Shown piece after piece: positions 12,700-26,049 of a stretch of 64,000 bases of DNA (within the stretch, counting starts at the first letter, position 1; each line of letters begins with the position of its first letter). Source of the DNA: Lama guanicoe. Its lineage: Eukaryota. Location of the stretch: positions 5,043,957 through 5,107,956 of the forward strand of contig MU053881.1 in NCBI GenBank assembly GCA_013239625.1, given 5' to 3'. Position numbers and translations under genes: made by a program. The notes below the pieces were generated by a model, which was given only the letters and a program-made list of their open reading frames with translations, was not told where the DNA came from and did no database searches.

Positions 12700-13125
12700 G
12701 CTCATTCATTCTCTCTGTCGTTACTCAGTGACCAGCATGGACAAAGCAGTGTTCTAGGCGCTAGGAATACAATGGTGGTCAGACACAAACTCTCTGCCTT
12801 CACCTGGCTTACACCCTGGGGGTGTAAAAATAAATGAACTAATACATGGCAATGCGATGCAGAAAAATAAACCAGGCTAGGAGACAGAGTGTAATGTGGG
12901 TGCTGCTTTCAAGGGGTGTCAGAGAAGGTTCACCTGACAAGGTGATATGCAAATAGAGATCTCAATTAAGTGAGACAGCAAGCCACCTGGATGTCCAGGG
13001 AAGGGCATTCCAGACCAAAGGGGTTGTAAGTGCAAAGGCCCTGAGGCAGGGAGCGTACCTGGCAGGTTCCTGGAACAGCAAGGAGGCTGATACAGTTGGA
13101 GTCCGGGATGAGGTCAGAGGCCTCA
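12700..13125 (-). mobile_element. L2a-like LINE 3' end
   Basis: Contains ctcattcatt...gtgttctaggcgctaggaatac...gggcattccagacc..gtgcaaaggccctgaggcagg...ggaacagcaaggaggc...gatgaggtcagag. Confidence 0.8.
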
Positions 13126-13354
13126 GGTAGTTCTTGAAAACTTAGCTCTCACATCCCTTTCTCTGAGAAGCCATCTCAGAGGCTTCAGGACTGGCTGAGG
13201 TGCCCTGTTCTGGGCTGCCACGGCCCCTGAGTTTCTCTCTGTCATCATTTGGCACATGGTGTGTTGTCATTATGTTTGTGTTGCACCTTATATACGTGCA
13301 ATCTTGAATGAACAGCACCGCCCTCTCTGTCGCGTCAACACCATTGCTGTCTCC

Positions 13355-13590
13355 CATCGGTAGATGAATGAATAAAGAAGATGTGGTGTGTGTACGGGGT
13401 ACCGTATATGGAATACTGCTCGGCCATAAAACAGAATGAAATATGGCTATTTGCAACAACATAGATGGACTGGGAGGGCATTATGCTAAGTGAATTAAGT
13501 CAGAGAATGACAAATACTGTATGTTACCACTTGCATGTGGAATCCAAAAAATACAACAAACTAGTGAATATAAAAACAGAAAGAAACCGA
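13355..13590 (+). mobile_element. L1 fragment (ORF2 end and start of 3' UTR)
   Basis: Contains gatgaatgaataaagaagatgtgg...ggaatactgctcggccataaaa..aatgaaat..tttgcaacaacatagatggactgggagggcattatgctaagtgaa. Confidence 0.85.
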
Positions 13591-15799
13591 ACCTGTGTTA
13601 TTTTCTCCTCACTTGGTTTTCTTCTATCTGTCCTTTATATCATAGTATTATATTCATTAAAAAAACAACAACAAAAAAACAGCGATTGGTGTCTTCCTCT
13701 TAAACTATGAACTCTTCAAGGGCAGGAACTGGTTTTATACATCGTGAAGTCCCCAGTGCCGGGCACAGCAGCCTTAAGTGGTGAGCGTCATTTTTAAGCA
13801 ACAAGAGGCCCCCCCGCGTCACAGAAGACTGTGGGTCTTTCCGGGCCAAGAGCTCACCTGAGATGTGCTCACGGAGCCACCTGGCTTCCTAACCACCCAC
13901 CAGCAATGAGACGTCACGGCTGAGACCTCTGGGAGGCAGGGAGTGAGTGACAGAGAAGGAGGGAAGGGGGCCTCCTCCGCACCCTCCATATCCCACATCT
14001 GCCTCAAGCTGCACTTGCCTCGCCAGGGCATGGCTTATCTGAACGCTTGCCTTCCGGAGAACTCATGTGGGAAACTGAAAATTTAAAACTACTTCACCAG
14101 GGGGTGATTGTTCACAGGTTTAAAACATCTCTTCCTCTGAATATGATTCCAGGAAATAGTAAGTGTCCCAGATGAATCAACAGGCCCGGACACTGCTCCC
14201 CTAGCTGCTCACATCACCAAACAGGAGACAACTGGGCAGTATGTGTCTGCGAAGGAAGTACACGCTCTCCAGAGAAAATGCCTACCAGGCTGGGTAGGTA
14301 CTGGGGCAATCGGAGGGTCCACAACTCATCTAAAGGTAGAAAGCGCCCCCAGCTTGGCCTGTGACTGGAACAAGGAGCCCTGGGCTGGCCAGACCAGGGA
14401 AAACCAGAAATCAGAGGTCTTACATGAAATAACCAATTTAAAAATGATGACAACCTTTTTATTGGTTTTTTAAAAGTAAAACAAATATGTAAATCAAAGG
14501 AAACACTTCTATGGCTCAGGCTTGGCGTGGGGACTATCAGTTTGTAAACTTGGCCTTAAATCTTGAAGTATTTTTGTCTCAGTAGAGACCGCAGAACTGA
14601 AATTATAGGTAAGAAGATCTAAATGCTGCAGAGGAGAAGGGAACTCTGAGATCAAGGAGTCCCCGTGGGATCCAAAAGGGTTGTCTCAGGAATCAATTCG
14701 AGTGGCTGCCCAGCTGCTAAGGCTGGCACTGGGCTCGGTGTGTGCGTGCTGGGATGGATTAGCGATGTCTGCCAAGGACGTGGGACTGGGAGCACTAGTG
14801 ATGTGCTTCCTGGGTATTCAGCAAGGCTGATTTAGTTCAGATCCATTTTAAAGGCAGATAAACTGAGGTCCAGGAAGCGACACTGGCTTGCCTAATGTCG
14901 CAAGTGAGAACTATCCTGGAGCCCCATCAGGGGCTCTTCCTGTGACATCCAGGTGCCCCTAAATCTTTAGCCTTTGGAGCTATTATTTACCAAAGACTTT
15001 AGAGAGACGTCATCTCTACACTAATCATGCAAGTCAATAAGAAAATTTGATTTTAACAGTGATTCATTTTATCCACAGCTCTGCAGGGACAGAACCTTTT
15101 CTAAATAGCAAGGAGATCTGAGGCCTCAGGAAGCCACCTGAGGATGCTACCCTCAGCACACACACTGTCCCAGCTGAGGGCCTTGAGCTGGCCAGGGGAG
15201 CCCAGGCCCACCTGAGGGCTGAGGCCTGCCTTGAGCTCGACCCTCCTCCCTCCCCCTCACTGTGAGTCACAGCTCTCAACTTCAGTGTGCTGGCTGCAGA
15301 ATCTTCAGTTTTACTTGGCTCCTGAGCAAAATGTACTTTTCCAAAGGACATTGCATCAACTGAGCTTGAGTTTTGCAATGCCCTGGCAGTGGCAAGGCCA
15401 GGCTCCCTGAGCACACGCTGTCCCAGAAATGAAACCAAAGAATGGTGAGTATCACCTCCCTCACCTCCTCCTTCCTCCCCACCAAGAGGGAGGATCAGTC
15501 CATCCACCCCTGCAGAGAACCTGGCATGCCTGCCATCCCTTCGGCCTCCCCTGGACACCTAACTGCACCGTCACCTCCCTCCAGCCCCCCATGCAGTACA
15601 CACTCCTGGACTGGATTTCATACCACACCTGACAGCAGAACACCCGGAAAAGATGAGCCCACAGATAACCCAGCCATGTCCCCACACTCTGCAGAGCCAT
15701 GTCCCTCCTCACATCATTGCTGGGATTTGGGGGAAGTGCTCAGACCAGGGAGTCGGGCTGGCAGCGGCTTAAGGACCGAACAAGTGCATTGTAGATCTG

Positions 15800-16360
15800 T
15801 TTGCTTTTTGAAAAACACCATTGTTTAGAGCGGTTTTAGGTTCACAGCAAAATTGAGCAGAAGGTATAGAGATTTTCCATACATCCCCTGCCCCCACCCA
15901 CATACAGCTCCCCCATTATCAACACCCCCCACCAGAGGGGGGCATCTGTTACCAGGGATGAACCTGCACTGACCTGTCATTATCGCCCGAAGTCCACGGT
16001 TTACATCAGGGCTCCCGCTTGCTGCTGTACACTGTGCGTTTTGACAAATGTATAATGACACGCATCCACCGTTACAGCATCGTACAGAGTAGCTTCACTG
16101 CCCTGAAAATCCGCGTGCTCTGCCTGCTCATCCCTCCCCCACCATCCCAGGCCACCACTGATCTTTTCATTGCCTCTACAACTTTTGCCTTTTCCAGAAT
16201 GTCATATAGTTGGAATTATACAGCACATAGCCTTTTCAGATCGACTCCTTTCACTCAATAACATGCATTTAAGTTTCCCCCGTCCGTGTCCTCTCATGGT
16301 CCGGCAGCTCATTTCTTTCTAGTGCTGAATAATATTCCAATGCCTGGATGCGCCACAGTG
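15800..16360 (-). mobile_element. L1MC1-like 3' end
   Basis: Contains tttagagcggttttaggttcacagcaaaattgagcagaaggtatagagat...cattatcgcccgaagtccacggtttacatcaggg...gccttttccagaatgtcatatagttggaat. Confidence 0.85.
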
Positions 16361-16654
16361 TAGCTGGTTTTTCAATCCCTAAAGTGTGGATCTGCAAAAT
16401 CATACTGCCTCGCGCGTTAGCTGTGTGCCTCGGGGCAAATTTCTCTCTGAACCTCTGGTGTTTTCACCTGTACAATGGGATAAAAATATTGACTACCTCA
16501 TGGGAGTGAGGAATACATGGGGAAGCGCGTGTGAGGCACTGACTGGAGTCCACAGCAGGGAGCGAGCACACAACAGGTGTGAGCCACGATAACCATCACT
16601 AGCCTGTGTCTGCCACTGCCACTAGTGGGCTTACTTTCTTTTTTCTCCGTACCC

Positions 16655-16781
16655 ATTTTGTTTGTTTTGGGGGGGGGAATTAGGTTTGTTTGTTTACTTA
16701 TTTATCTGTTTACTTTTAATGGAGGTACTGGGGATTGAACCCAGGACCTCGTGCCTGCTAAGCACGTGCTCCACCCTGAGC
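16655..16781 (-). mobile_element. tRNA-derived camelid SINE (Vic-1 type), 5'-truncated or diverged
   Basis: Plus strand reads attaggtttg...ttttaatggaggtactgggattgaacccaggacctcgtgcctgctaagcacgtgctccaccctgagc, the reverse complement of the same SINE body seen at 1676 and 57716. Confidence 0.85.
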
Positions 16782-18956
16782 CTCCTCACTGCAGGTTTAC
16801 TCTTGCCTTCCCTCTGCAGAGCAGCACGAGGGGGGACGTGGAGACAACCCAGGCTTTGGGGTCTCACAGGCTGTGGTTCTAGAGCTGACTCTGCTCAGGC
16901 AACGAGCTAGACCTCTCTGAACCTCAGTGGAGTCCATCTCCCTTCTAGTGCGATTTTGAGAAACAAATGGGGTCCCTAACTGGCAGGCGGAAAGAGCCCT
17001 CGGTACCCAGTAGGCACTCACAAAAGGTGAGTTCGGTCCCCGGCATTTCCTGTGAACAGCCCTGCCAAGTGCAGGATGCAGGGACGTTGGATGGCGGCTG
17101 TATTACAGAATGGAGATGAAGGCCCGCGGGTTAGTGCCGGGGCCAGGGGGCGTGTCTTCAAAGCAGAGTGAGAACCGGGAGAGGCAAGCGCCCTCCTGCT
17201 CAGCCAGGACCCAGGGGACGGACGCTGGCCGGGAACGGGGGCAGCATCACTCCTGCAGCCCAGCTAGCTGTCTTCTTGGTGTCAAATGACAGCAGAGGGC
17301 TGAAACTCAGAGGCAGTGGCCAAGGCCAGTCGGCACTGTTCTTGCAGCCTCCGAGGGGCAGAACTAGGGACACAGGGACAAGATACGGGGCAGCATCTAC
17401 CAAACAGCTCACATGTGCCCACCAGCGAGTTTCATGAAACTGCGGGGCCTCAACCAGGACTCCTGTGCTCTCCCACTAAACGACCTCGGCCTTTTGTCTA
17501 CAAGGACCCGCCCACCTGGGAGACCCATCACCCGCACCTGTACCCAGAATGGTCTGTGATGCATCACACCCTGACCACGCAGTGTCGGCGACCCTGGGAC
17601 AGAGAAGGTCATGATCCCTACTTTCCAGATGAGGAAGATAAAGTTCCCCAAGGTGGCACTGTCACGGTGCACTGGTGCTGGGACTCAAACCCTTGGCTTT
17701 GGGATTCCCCACAGCCGGGAGGCAAGCCTGGGGTTTGCAGACTCCACCCAGAGGCCTCCTTGTGGAGGGTTTCCCATTGCTCGTGCTTCTCCATTGTTGC
17801 CCATTCATGCACTCATTCACTCAGCATCGACTGGGCGAATATCACTAGCATCTACCCTGTTCTGGATGATACAATGTGTGTATAATGTGAACCAAGCAAA
17901 GGCTGTCCCTGCCTGCCTGCAGTCAAAGTCAAGAAAACCTCTGTTACTAATGTGTTCTTAGAGAAGGAGAGGAGCGCCAGGACAGAGAGGCCACGGGCCT
18001 TTCCCCCCACTATTAGAATTGAGGCTGGAGTGTGTATGGGTCGCAGTAAGTTGGAGCTGGCCATTCTGGGTGTGAGTCCCAGCTTGCCACTCGCTAGTGG
18101 AGGCCCCGGGGAACTGACTTCACCCCGCTGTGCCCCCTCCTTGGTTGCTCTGAGGGGTCCATATGTTAGGACGTGGGAAGTGTTTATTAGTACAGGGCCT
18201 GGCCCCACAACTGAGTGCTCACTTCTCTACCTGCAGGCTGCCTCTAGGATGCAGGGTGGAGGTACAGAGGACCACATGCATTTTCCCCTTTTCAAAGGAA
18301 AATCTCATTCTCCCCGCCCCACACCCCAAGTCCCTCTGAGGGCTGCCTTGGCAGAGGTGGCACCAATGGACCCAGGAAATCAGGTCAGAAAGAGGGGCAC
18401 ACTAAGGTCCCCATGGGTTGAGAAGAGGACAGAAGGCAGGGGCTTTGAGTTCCGTAGGAAACTCTGCTACACATGGCCCAGAGTGTCTGCCCCGCGCCCC
18501 CTCCTGCCCCTTGGGCTCTGTCCCTACTCTGCTCTCTTCCTTCCTTGACCCGTCTGGCCTATCCTTCTGGACTCTGCTCCAACTCTCCTGACCTCAATAG
18601 CACAGAGCTGAGGTTCTGAATTCCAGAAAGACTTGGAACATCTTAAAAATATTTTTTATCTGGGCTCTGCAATGCAAAAGAAAAAAAAGGGCGTCTGCAT
18701 ACATGCGCACACACAGATGAAAGACTCATTAGGAATTTTCACACACAGGTAGTAAGAATTTACAGACGTGCACAGGAAGGATCGACACATTTGGGAGAGT
18801 GGTTACCCTGGGATGAGGGTGGGGATGTATCAAAGATGGAAATTTGAAAGCAGGAGAAGAGGAATGTGGGGGCTTAGGGTGTGTTTCTTAAGATGGGGAG
18901 GGAGTAGGTGTAGATTATCCTCTCTGCTATTTGATGTGTCTAAAAATAGTGTATGA

Positions 18957-19565
18957 CTGAATGATCCAGCAATCCCACTCCTGGGCATATATCTGGAGAA
19001 AACTTAAATTCGAAAAGATGCATGCACCACAATGTTCATAGCAGCACTATTCACAACAGCTAAGACATGGAAGCGACCTAAGTGTCCATCAACAGATGAC
19101 TGGATAAAGAAGTTGTACAATGGAATACTACTCAGCCATAAAAAAGAATGAAATAATACCGTTTTCAGCAACATGGATGGACCTAGAGATTGTCATACTA
19201 AGTAAGCCAGAATGAGAAGGCCAAATGCCATATGATATCACTTATATGTAAAATCTGAAAAAATCACATAAATGAACTTATTTACAAAACAGAACAGACT
19301 CCCAGACATAGAAAACAAACTTACGGTTACAAAAGGGGAAACAGGAGAGGGGAAGGAAAAATTAAGAGTTTGGGATTTACAGATACTAACTACTATATAT
19401 AAAATAGATAAATAACAAGGTCCTTCTGTGCAGCACAGGGAACTATATTCAGTATCTTGTAATATCCTATAATGAAAAAGAATATATTTATATGTATAAT
19501 TGAATCACCATGTTGTACACCAGAAACTAACAACATTGTAAATCAACACTTTTAATAAACAAAGT
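18957..19565 (+). mobile_element. 5'-truncated cetartiodactyl-type L1 with an intact 14-bp TSD
   Basis: Runs from the ORF2 end (gatccagcaatcccactcctgggcatatatc) through the 3' UTR (cacagggaactatattcagtatcttgtaa...acattgtaaatcaac). The identical flanks aaaatagtgtatga lie at 18943-18956 and 19566-19579. Confidence 0.92.
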
Positions 19566-20334
19566 AAAATAGTGTATGAAAAAAAATTTAAAGCTTAAAA
19601 GTAACAAAAATAAATCAGATGCTAGAAAATAAAAAAGAATGAATTACTGAAGCATGCAACCACATGGGTGAATCCCACAGATGTCACACTGAGAGTTTAT
19701 GTGACACTGAAGGATGGGCAAAACCAATCAACAGTGAGGGAGGTCAGGAGAAGGGTTCCCTCTTAGTTGAGGTACTGACTGGGATGGAGCACAGGGGAGG
19801 CTTCCAGGGTGTGGGAAACGTTCGGTGTCTTGATCTCCGGGTGGCAGATGAGCGTATGCCTGTAAAAAGCCACCGAGCTGCACATTTTCTCGTAAGCTAT
19901 AACTCAATTTAAAAATTAAATGAAACGTTAAGAAGAAAGAACATTAAATCATTGACCAGGTTCGGAAACCCTTTGCACTGGCTTAGGGTAAAATTAGAGA
20001 TCGTTTTTGACTTTCTTTCTATATCAGCAAGATGTTTGAGTCCATCATTCATGCATCTATCAGTACCTCCTCTGGGGACAACCCTGAACAAGGTGCAAAG
20101 GCAGATACACAGGGGAAACGTTCCCAAACCCAAAGATATGGGCAACTGGGTGGGAGTCCTGGTTCTGCCCTTACGTGCTGTGTGAGCTGGGCTAAGTGAC
20201 GTCCCTCTCTGAGACTCAGTGGTCTGATGTGCAAAGTGGGCAGGGTTCAACAAGACAGTGTTCAGCACTGTGCTTGGCACACACTGCTCAAAAACAGTGG
20301 GACCTGTTATTATGGTTCATGCTCTCACCCTCTA

Positions 20335-20565
20335 GAGCAATGTTTTACCAACTGCAAGTGATGACTGATAAGTGAGACATCAACTTAGTGGGTTGTAACC
20401 AGCATTAAAAAAAAATTGGACTGCAGTAGAATAGAAAATGTCTGTTTGCATTGCCTGTAATAAAGGAAGCCCTGCTGTGTTGAGTTTTTACATGTCTGCT
20501 GGGTTGCAATATAAAATGTATTTCTTACAAAGGGCAGATGCCAAAAGTGATCGACAGCCCTGCTC
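20335..20565. mobile_element. hAT-Charlie-type MITE remnant
   Basis: Contains caatgttttaccaactgcaag...ttagtgggttgtaaccagcatt...gggttgcaatataaaatgtatttcttac...acagccctg. The subfamily is uncertain. Confidence 0.55.
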
Positions 20566-21779
20566 TGTTGAACTCTACACAGGTCTGTGACAAAGCAGTC
20601 ACCAGCCCTACAGGACCAAGCCCGGTTCTTGGAATTAAGTAGGAACAACAACGCACTAGGAGGATAATTCTAGTATCTCCAAGAAAGTCAAATGTTTGCT
20701 TTTTTTTTTTTTTAAGCCAACATGCTCTGAAGGTGAGGAACGATCAGGGACAGCTGGCTGGAGGAAGTGGCTTCAGATCTGGGCTCACAGTCAGACCTGA
20801 ACTCCTGTCATGGGGCTGGAAGGGAGGTTGGCCAGGATGAGGGAGGACTCATGGCCGCCCAGGCTGATGGTGTGGCCAGCTGGGCTCCAGGGCCCTTTGG
20901 CGCCTGTCCGTCAGGAAGGGCTAGGTGGCTCTGGGGGACTTCCACAGTCCTGCATGATGACATGGTTTTAGGTGGAACCCGGACAGGCTGGCAGACAGCA
21001 CAATCATCCAGTGAGGGAGTTACTCCCAGGCCACTCCTCTGTCAATTCTCCTGAACGGGTGTAGAAGAAAGTCTCATTTTTGGTACCAGTGGGTTTTTGA
21101 CACCTAATAATCTCCCTTTTTAATAAAGAGAAGAGCAGGCTTCAGACTCAGAACCTTCCACCAGCAACAGCCCTGAGTTCAAACCTTCTCCTCACTGCTT
21201 TGAATTGTATGGATACTTCAGGTTCATGGCAAGTGACACTGATTTTACCGTTTCTTTTCACTCATCTATTCAAAGTTTTTAAGTGGGTCCATATAAACAA
21301 AATAGAAAGTTTATAATAGTATGGGCAGAGGCAGATACAGCAAAAAGTGTGAAAGTAGCCCGAGAATGGCTGAAGTTTAGCGATGCTGCTGAGGACTTCT
21401 GGAATCTGTGGCTAGAGAACCTTACCAGGGCTTTGCCTGACATCAGTAGGCGTCACTAAGGACACGCCCCCTGTTGAGTAAGGGGTGACAGAGCTCAGGA
21501 GAGAAGAACCAGAGCCCCTTAAGGAAGAGCAAGGTCAAGTCCAGCCAGCCACCCAGCTGTGGAGAATTCTTCATGGAAACGGGATTTTGCAATTGAAAGG
21601 TGTCTGCCTCTGTGCTTTGGAATTCCTGTCAGCATCACCCAGCATCACTGGGACTTTCTGCAGACACATCCTCGTTTGCACAGTCTGGATGCTATAATGA
21701 AGTCTCCATTCAATTTTTCCTGCCATACTTCTTTATCTAGTGCCATTCTTCTGAACTTTTTATCTCGAGATCATCTGAG

Positions 21780-22495
21780 TCTTACAGAAGAGTCACACAG
21801 ATAGCATGGGAAGTCCCCCACCCTTCGCCCAACGTCCTCTCATGTTCACACCTACAGAACTAGACAGAACTACAGAAAAAGCCTTAAAACTAGGAAATTA
21901 ACCATGGTGCAATACTACAAAGGGAAAGACAAACCTAATTAAGATTTCACCAATTTTCCCACTAACGTCCTGTTTCTGGTCTAGGATCCAATCCAGGGTC
22001 CCACGTCGTGCCTCCTTAGTTTCCTTCAAGCTGTGACAGTCCCAGGTCTTCCCTTGTCTGTTGTAACTGTGGCACTTTTGAAGAGCGTTGGTTATTTTGT
22101 AGAATACCTCTCAGACCGGGCCCGTCTGACATTTTCTGGGGGTTTAAGTCAGGTGGTGCGTTTCTGGGAAGAATCCCACAGTGCGGTGCCCTCCTGAGAG
22201 CCCCACACGGGGCACATGAGGTGCATATGTCTTAACGCAGGTGCTCTGAGCCTTCATCACTTGGCTAAGATGGGATCGGCCAGGATTCTCCATCGTAAAG
22301 TTATTCTTTCCCCCTTTGAAATTGCTAAATATCTGGGGGGACACTATACAAATGTCTTATTTCTGTTTAAACTTGTGCCCACTAATTTTAGCATCCATTA
22401 GTGGATCTTTAACTGAAACAATTATTACTAAGGGGTTTTAATGGTGATTTTTCAAATTCTGTCATTCTTTCCATATTTATTAATTGGAATTACCT
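21780..22495 (-). mobile_element. Old L1 (L1MC4/5-like) 3' fragment
   Basis: Contains aaaactaggaaattaacc...gatttcaccaattttcccactaacgtcc...aggatccaatccagggtcccac...ggattctccatcgtaaagtta...cccactaattttagcatccatt. Confidence 0.7.
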
Positions 22496-25400
22496 GTGCC
22501 CTCCTTTTATTTTTCTTTTGGTCTTTAAGACCAAATATTTTAAAAATAAAAGTCCTTGGCAGGAATTTACGAACTTTCCAGTGCGCAAAGCTGGCCTTCA
22601 GAGAAACCATCTCTTTCTATGTTTCCACTGAAAAACAATCCACTGCATTCCAGGCCTTTTTCCTTTTCCTTTTTTCTCTTTTCTTCTTTCCTTCCTTCAC
22701 TTCATCCTGCCCCACCCATCACCCTGATTTTTAGAGCTAGTGAGTACCAGGCTGGCCTGGCAATGTCAAAGAAACAGCTATGCAGCACCCACAGAGTCTA
22801 AACCAGGCTGGAAATTCATACCTGGACTTCACCCCTTGCTTTATCCACCAATCCTAAGTGCCTGCTCTGTGCCAGGCACTGTACTAGGCACCTTAACCTA
22901 AACACACTCTAATCTTTACACCAACTTTAGCAGATCAGCAAGTTGCCTCCCATTTTACAGTTGAGGATACCAAGGCTCATTTATTTCGCCAACAAGGAAG
23001 AAGCCAGCCATGACGAGAGCCCAGGAGGGGCATCCAAGCAGCGGGGGTGAGGTGGGAGCGCAGCCCACCCGGTCAAGGAGCAGTGGTGCCCGCAAGGCTG
23101 GAGTACAGGGAGTGGAGATGGCTGGGGATGAGGTCAGTGATGGGAGTGGGTACGACAGATCAGCCAGGGCCCTGCAGGCCACGGAAAGGACTCTGGCTTG
23201 TTCTCCGCAGTGGATGTGAAACAGAGCACTGAGTGCCCAGGAGGGCTGACCGAGTTTCACCCAGAGTGACCCCAGCGGTCAGTGACAGAGCCAGGCTCCG
23301 GCCGAGGCTGGCCTGGCCCACGTCTGCTCTAGCCAGGCCCTTCCTCCTCCACACAGCACCGGCCCAGGCCCTCCGGCAGAGCTCCAAACACCGTGGAACT
23401 CAGGGGCTGGCTCTGGAATATGTTTTTGTGCTCACAAAGAAACACGGGTGTGGCCAACGCTCTGGCCTCTTCCTCACAGGAGATCACTCCAGGTCTTCCT
23501 CCGGCTCCAGGACCCGTGCCCTGGACCGTCTCCCCACCCTGACCCGGGGACCCGCACTTGGCACCAGCCCCGGGACTGCTCCCACTCGGGTGCCCGCTGG
23601 CCACGATCCTGCCACACGAGCCGCAGAGCGGTCTGTTTCTTCGGCGATTCTGTGATGCGCATGCCTGGCTCCCATTTCTTTACCTGGCAAGTTCATGTTC
23701 ATGCAGCATGGTGCAGTTAAGGGCCCACACTGGGCAGCCAGGAAGCCTGGGTTCAAATTCTGCCTCAGCCACTAGCTGGGTGACCCTGGGCAAGTTAGTT
23801 CTCGGCATGTAAAACATTCGTAATAGCAGATCCTTTACCCCACCTCACAGTGCTGGTGGTGAGGATTAAATCAGTTACTAGATGATGCAAGAGGGCAGTG
23901 CAGGTGCTCTGAGAAGGCTACGCCAGGGTTAGGCATCCCTGCATCACCAGCATCAATGCCCAGTGCAGGCTGTCATGCCTCCCCCATCGGAGCACCAAGC
24001 CCACCACCTCATATACCTGTGAGCTCCCTGGGGATGGGGACAAGTCCAATTCACCTGTCCCTCCCCTCCCTGGCACACAGGGGCCTGGCACTGCTTAAAT
24101 GCTGTTTGTTGCAGAATGAATAAGTAATGAACAAACAGGTAGGAGTATGGGATGGGTAAATGTGCGTCAAAGGTAAGATTAAAAGCTTGTAAGTACTCAG
24201 GACAAATACTTTGAACAAAAGCTCCTCTGGCAGAGCTGGGTGACGGGACAAGGCCTGCAGGCGCAGCGCCGCTGAGGGGCAAGAAACACAGCAGGAAAAG
24301 AGCAACAGATGTAACCCAGCCAGCAAATCATCAAGAATCCCATAGAACTGACTTTGGCATTAGAGGAACCTGGATCCCAAATCCCAGAATCCCCAGCTAC
24401 TGGCCCCGTGTTGTGGTCTTGGCAAAGCCGTGTACAGCGGGGCAGAGGGCAAGGGCTGGATCTCACCCACACTCAGCTGCAGGAGGTGTCAGGGCTGCAC
24501 TGGGCGCCAGGGGCCCCAGCTCAGGGGCTTTTACCGTGATCCCCCACAGAGGTGGCAGAGAGGTGACCAGCAGCCCCCAGAAACCTGCATCAGCTCTCTG
24601 CACCTCCACCGCCACCCGCAAAGTGGAGCCAAGGAGAGCGGCTGCACCTCCCCGAGAGGGGAGATGGCACTGTTACCTCCATGATACTTGTTAACGTCCA
24701 TTCTTTTTATGCCCAGTGCCTCGAACAATGCCTGGCCCATAGTAGGCGCTCAGGACATTTGCTGAATGAATTAACGAACAAATGAACGAACGGGCCAATG
24801 TACTTAACAGGCACCACCCCGTCCTTTCCCTCCAGACAGCCTGTAAATCAGGTCCTGGTGGATGCAGTGGGCTCAGATACTGGTGGCAGGACCCTGAACT
24901 CAGTAAACTCTCACAACCCTAAGTCTGGAAGAAAACAGAAAGGAGCGGGGGCAAGGATAATTTCGGGCTGGAATGCAGCCTTTTTCAGCCAGCTGGGAAA
25001 AGCGATAAGGAGGTGGCCATGGGAACCATGGGAATCGGAGCGGGCTGGGTGTGGGGCTGGGCCTGGGAGCAAAGTTCCTGAATGACTGGCCGGGCTGGGC
25101 CAGGGCCTCAGCTCCCTCTTGGGAACCTGCACAGCCAAGAGCAGTGTTTCATCAAAACAGGAAAAATCATAGAGGAAAAATGCGCATGTAAGGGGACTGG
25201 TATTTACAGGGAACGGCCCTGCCTTGACCCAAGGCCTGAAAGGATAAACTAGGGGGCAGGGGACAGAAAATGGGGCACGGGGGAAGCAGAGCCCTCCCTG
25301 GTAAGGTCACCCAGTGCCCACCCAGGTCTGGGGGATCCTGGGACGGTATGAAGGGTGGCAGAAGGCAACTTGAGCCCCAGAAGTCATGCCCTCAGAGAAG

Positions 25401-25766
25401 GCTCTCCTGGCCCTAGGCTCTTGGTGACACACAGAACCTCCTGACCTGGTGTTATCTGTCCAATGTGCTTCAGAAACCTGGACATGCTCTCCCTGCTGTT
25501 ACCTACAGGGCAGGGAAGTGTGGACTTTGGCCCAAAACATCTGGCAGGTAGGAGCCTCGGGATCCTGGGCAAATCTCTCACCAGCACCCAACCCTGTTTT
25601 CTTTCTTTGGAAAGAAAACACCCAGGTCCGCAGGGCACTGGGGAGGTCGGCTGAGATCATGAACTTGGATCTGCTGGGCAAACAGTAGGTTTTTCTTGGG
25701 TTCCTCTGAGCAGTTTGTGGATGGTAGTCATCAAGGCCACATGAGAGCTGGTGATTGGGAAGAGAA

Positions 25767-25880
25767 TGGACACACAATCCTACTGTGTGTCACTTTCTTC
25801 TGTATCCTGGACACACAATCCTGCTGTGTGTCAGTTTCCTGGACACACAATCCTGCTGTGTGTCACTTTCTTCCATATCC
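25767..25880. repeat. Three-copy minisatellite (41/32/41 bp) with an internal inverted repeat
   Basis: The unit tggacacacaatcct(a/g)ctgtgtgtca(c/g)tttc... starts at 25767, 25808 and 25840. Confidence 0.92.
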
Positions 25881-26049
25881 ATACAAGGATGCTGGTCTCG
25901 CTAAGTGCAAGTCACGAGTTGCTGCTCCAGCGTGTGATGAAAGGCCCTGGGGTGTGCAGGCGTGCGGACCATCACCGCCCTCGCTCTGACTCCGCCGGAG
26001 GCTCTTACCTGCTGTGCTTCCCCTTCAGGCCAGTGAGCTCTTCACCAAG

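Noticed and set aside
17316..18548. 189-aa and 198-aa ORFs
   Set aside because: I see no recognisable domain, they partly overlap MIR-like sequence, they are antisense to the host gene, and they fit chance ORFs in GC-rich intron.
25767..25880. CRISPR array
   Set aside because: The DNA is mammalian, there are only three units, the linkers are short and related rather than unique spacers, and there are no cas genes.
26003..26015. Recursive splice site or cryptic exon (minus strand CAG|GTAAGA)
   Set aside because: The donor is strong, but the upstream sequence is purine-rich with no polypyrimidine tract, and I found no matching acceptor.
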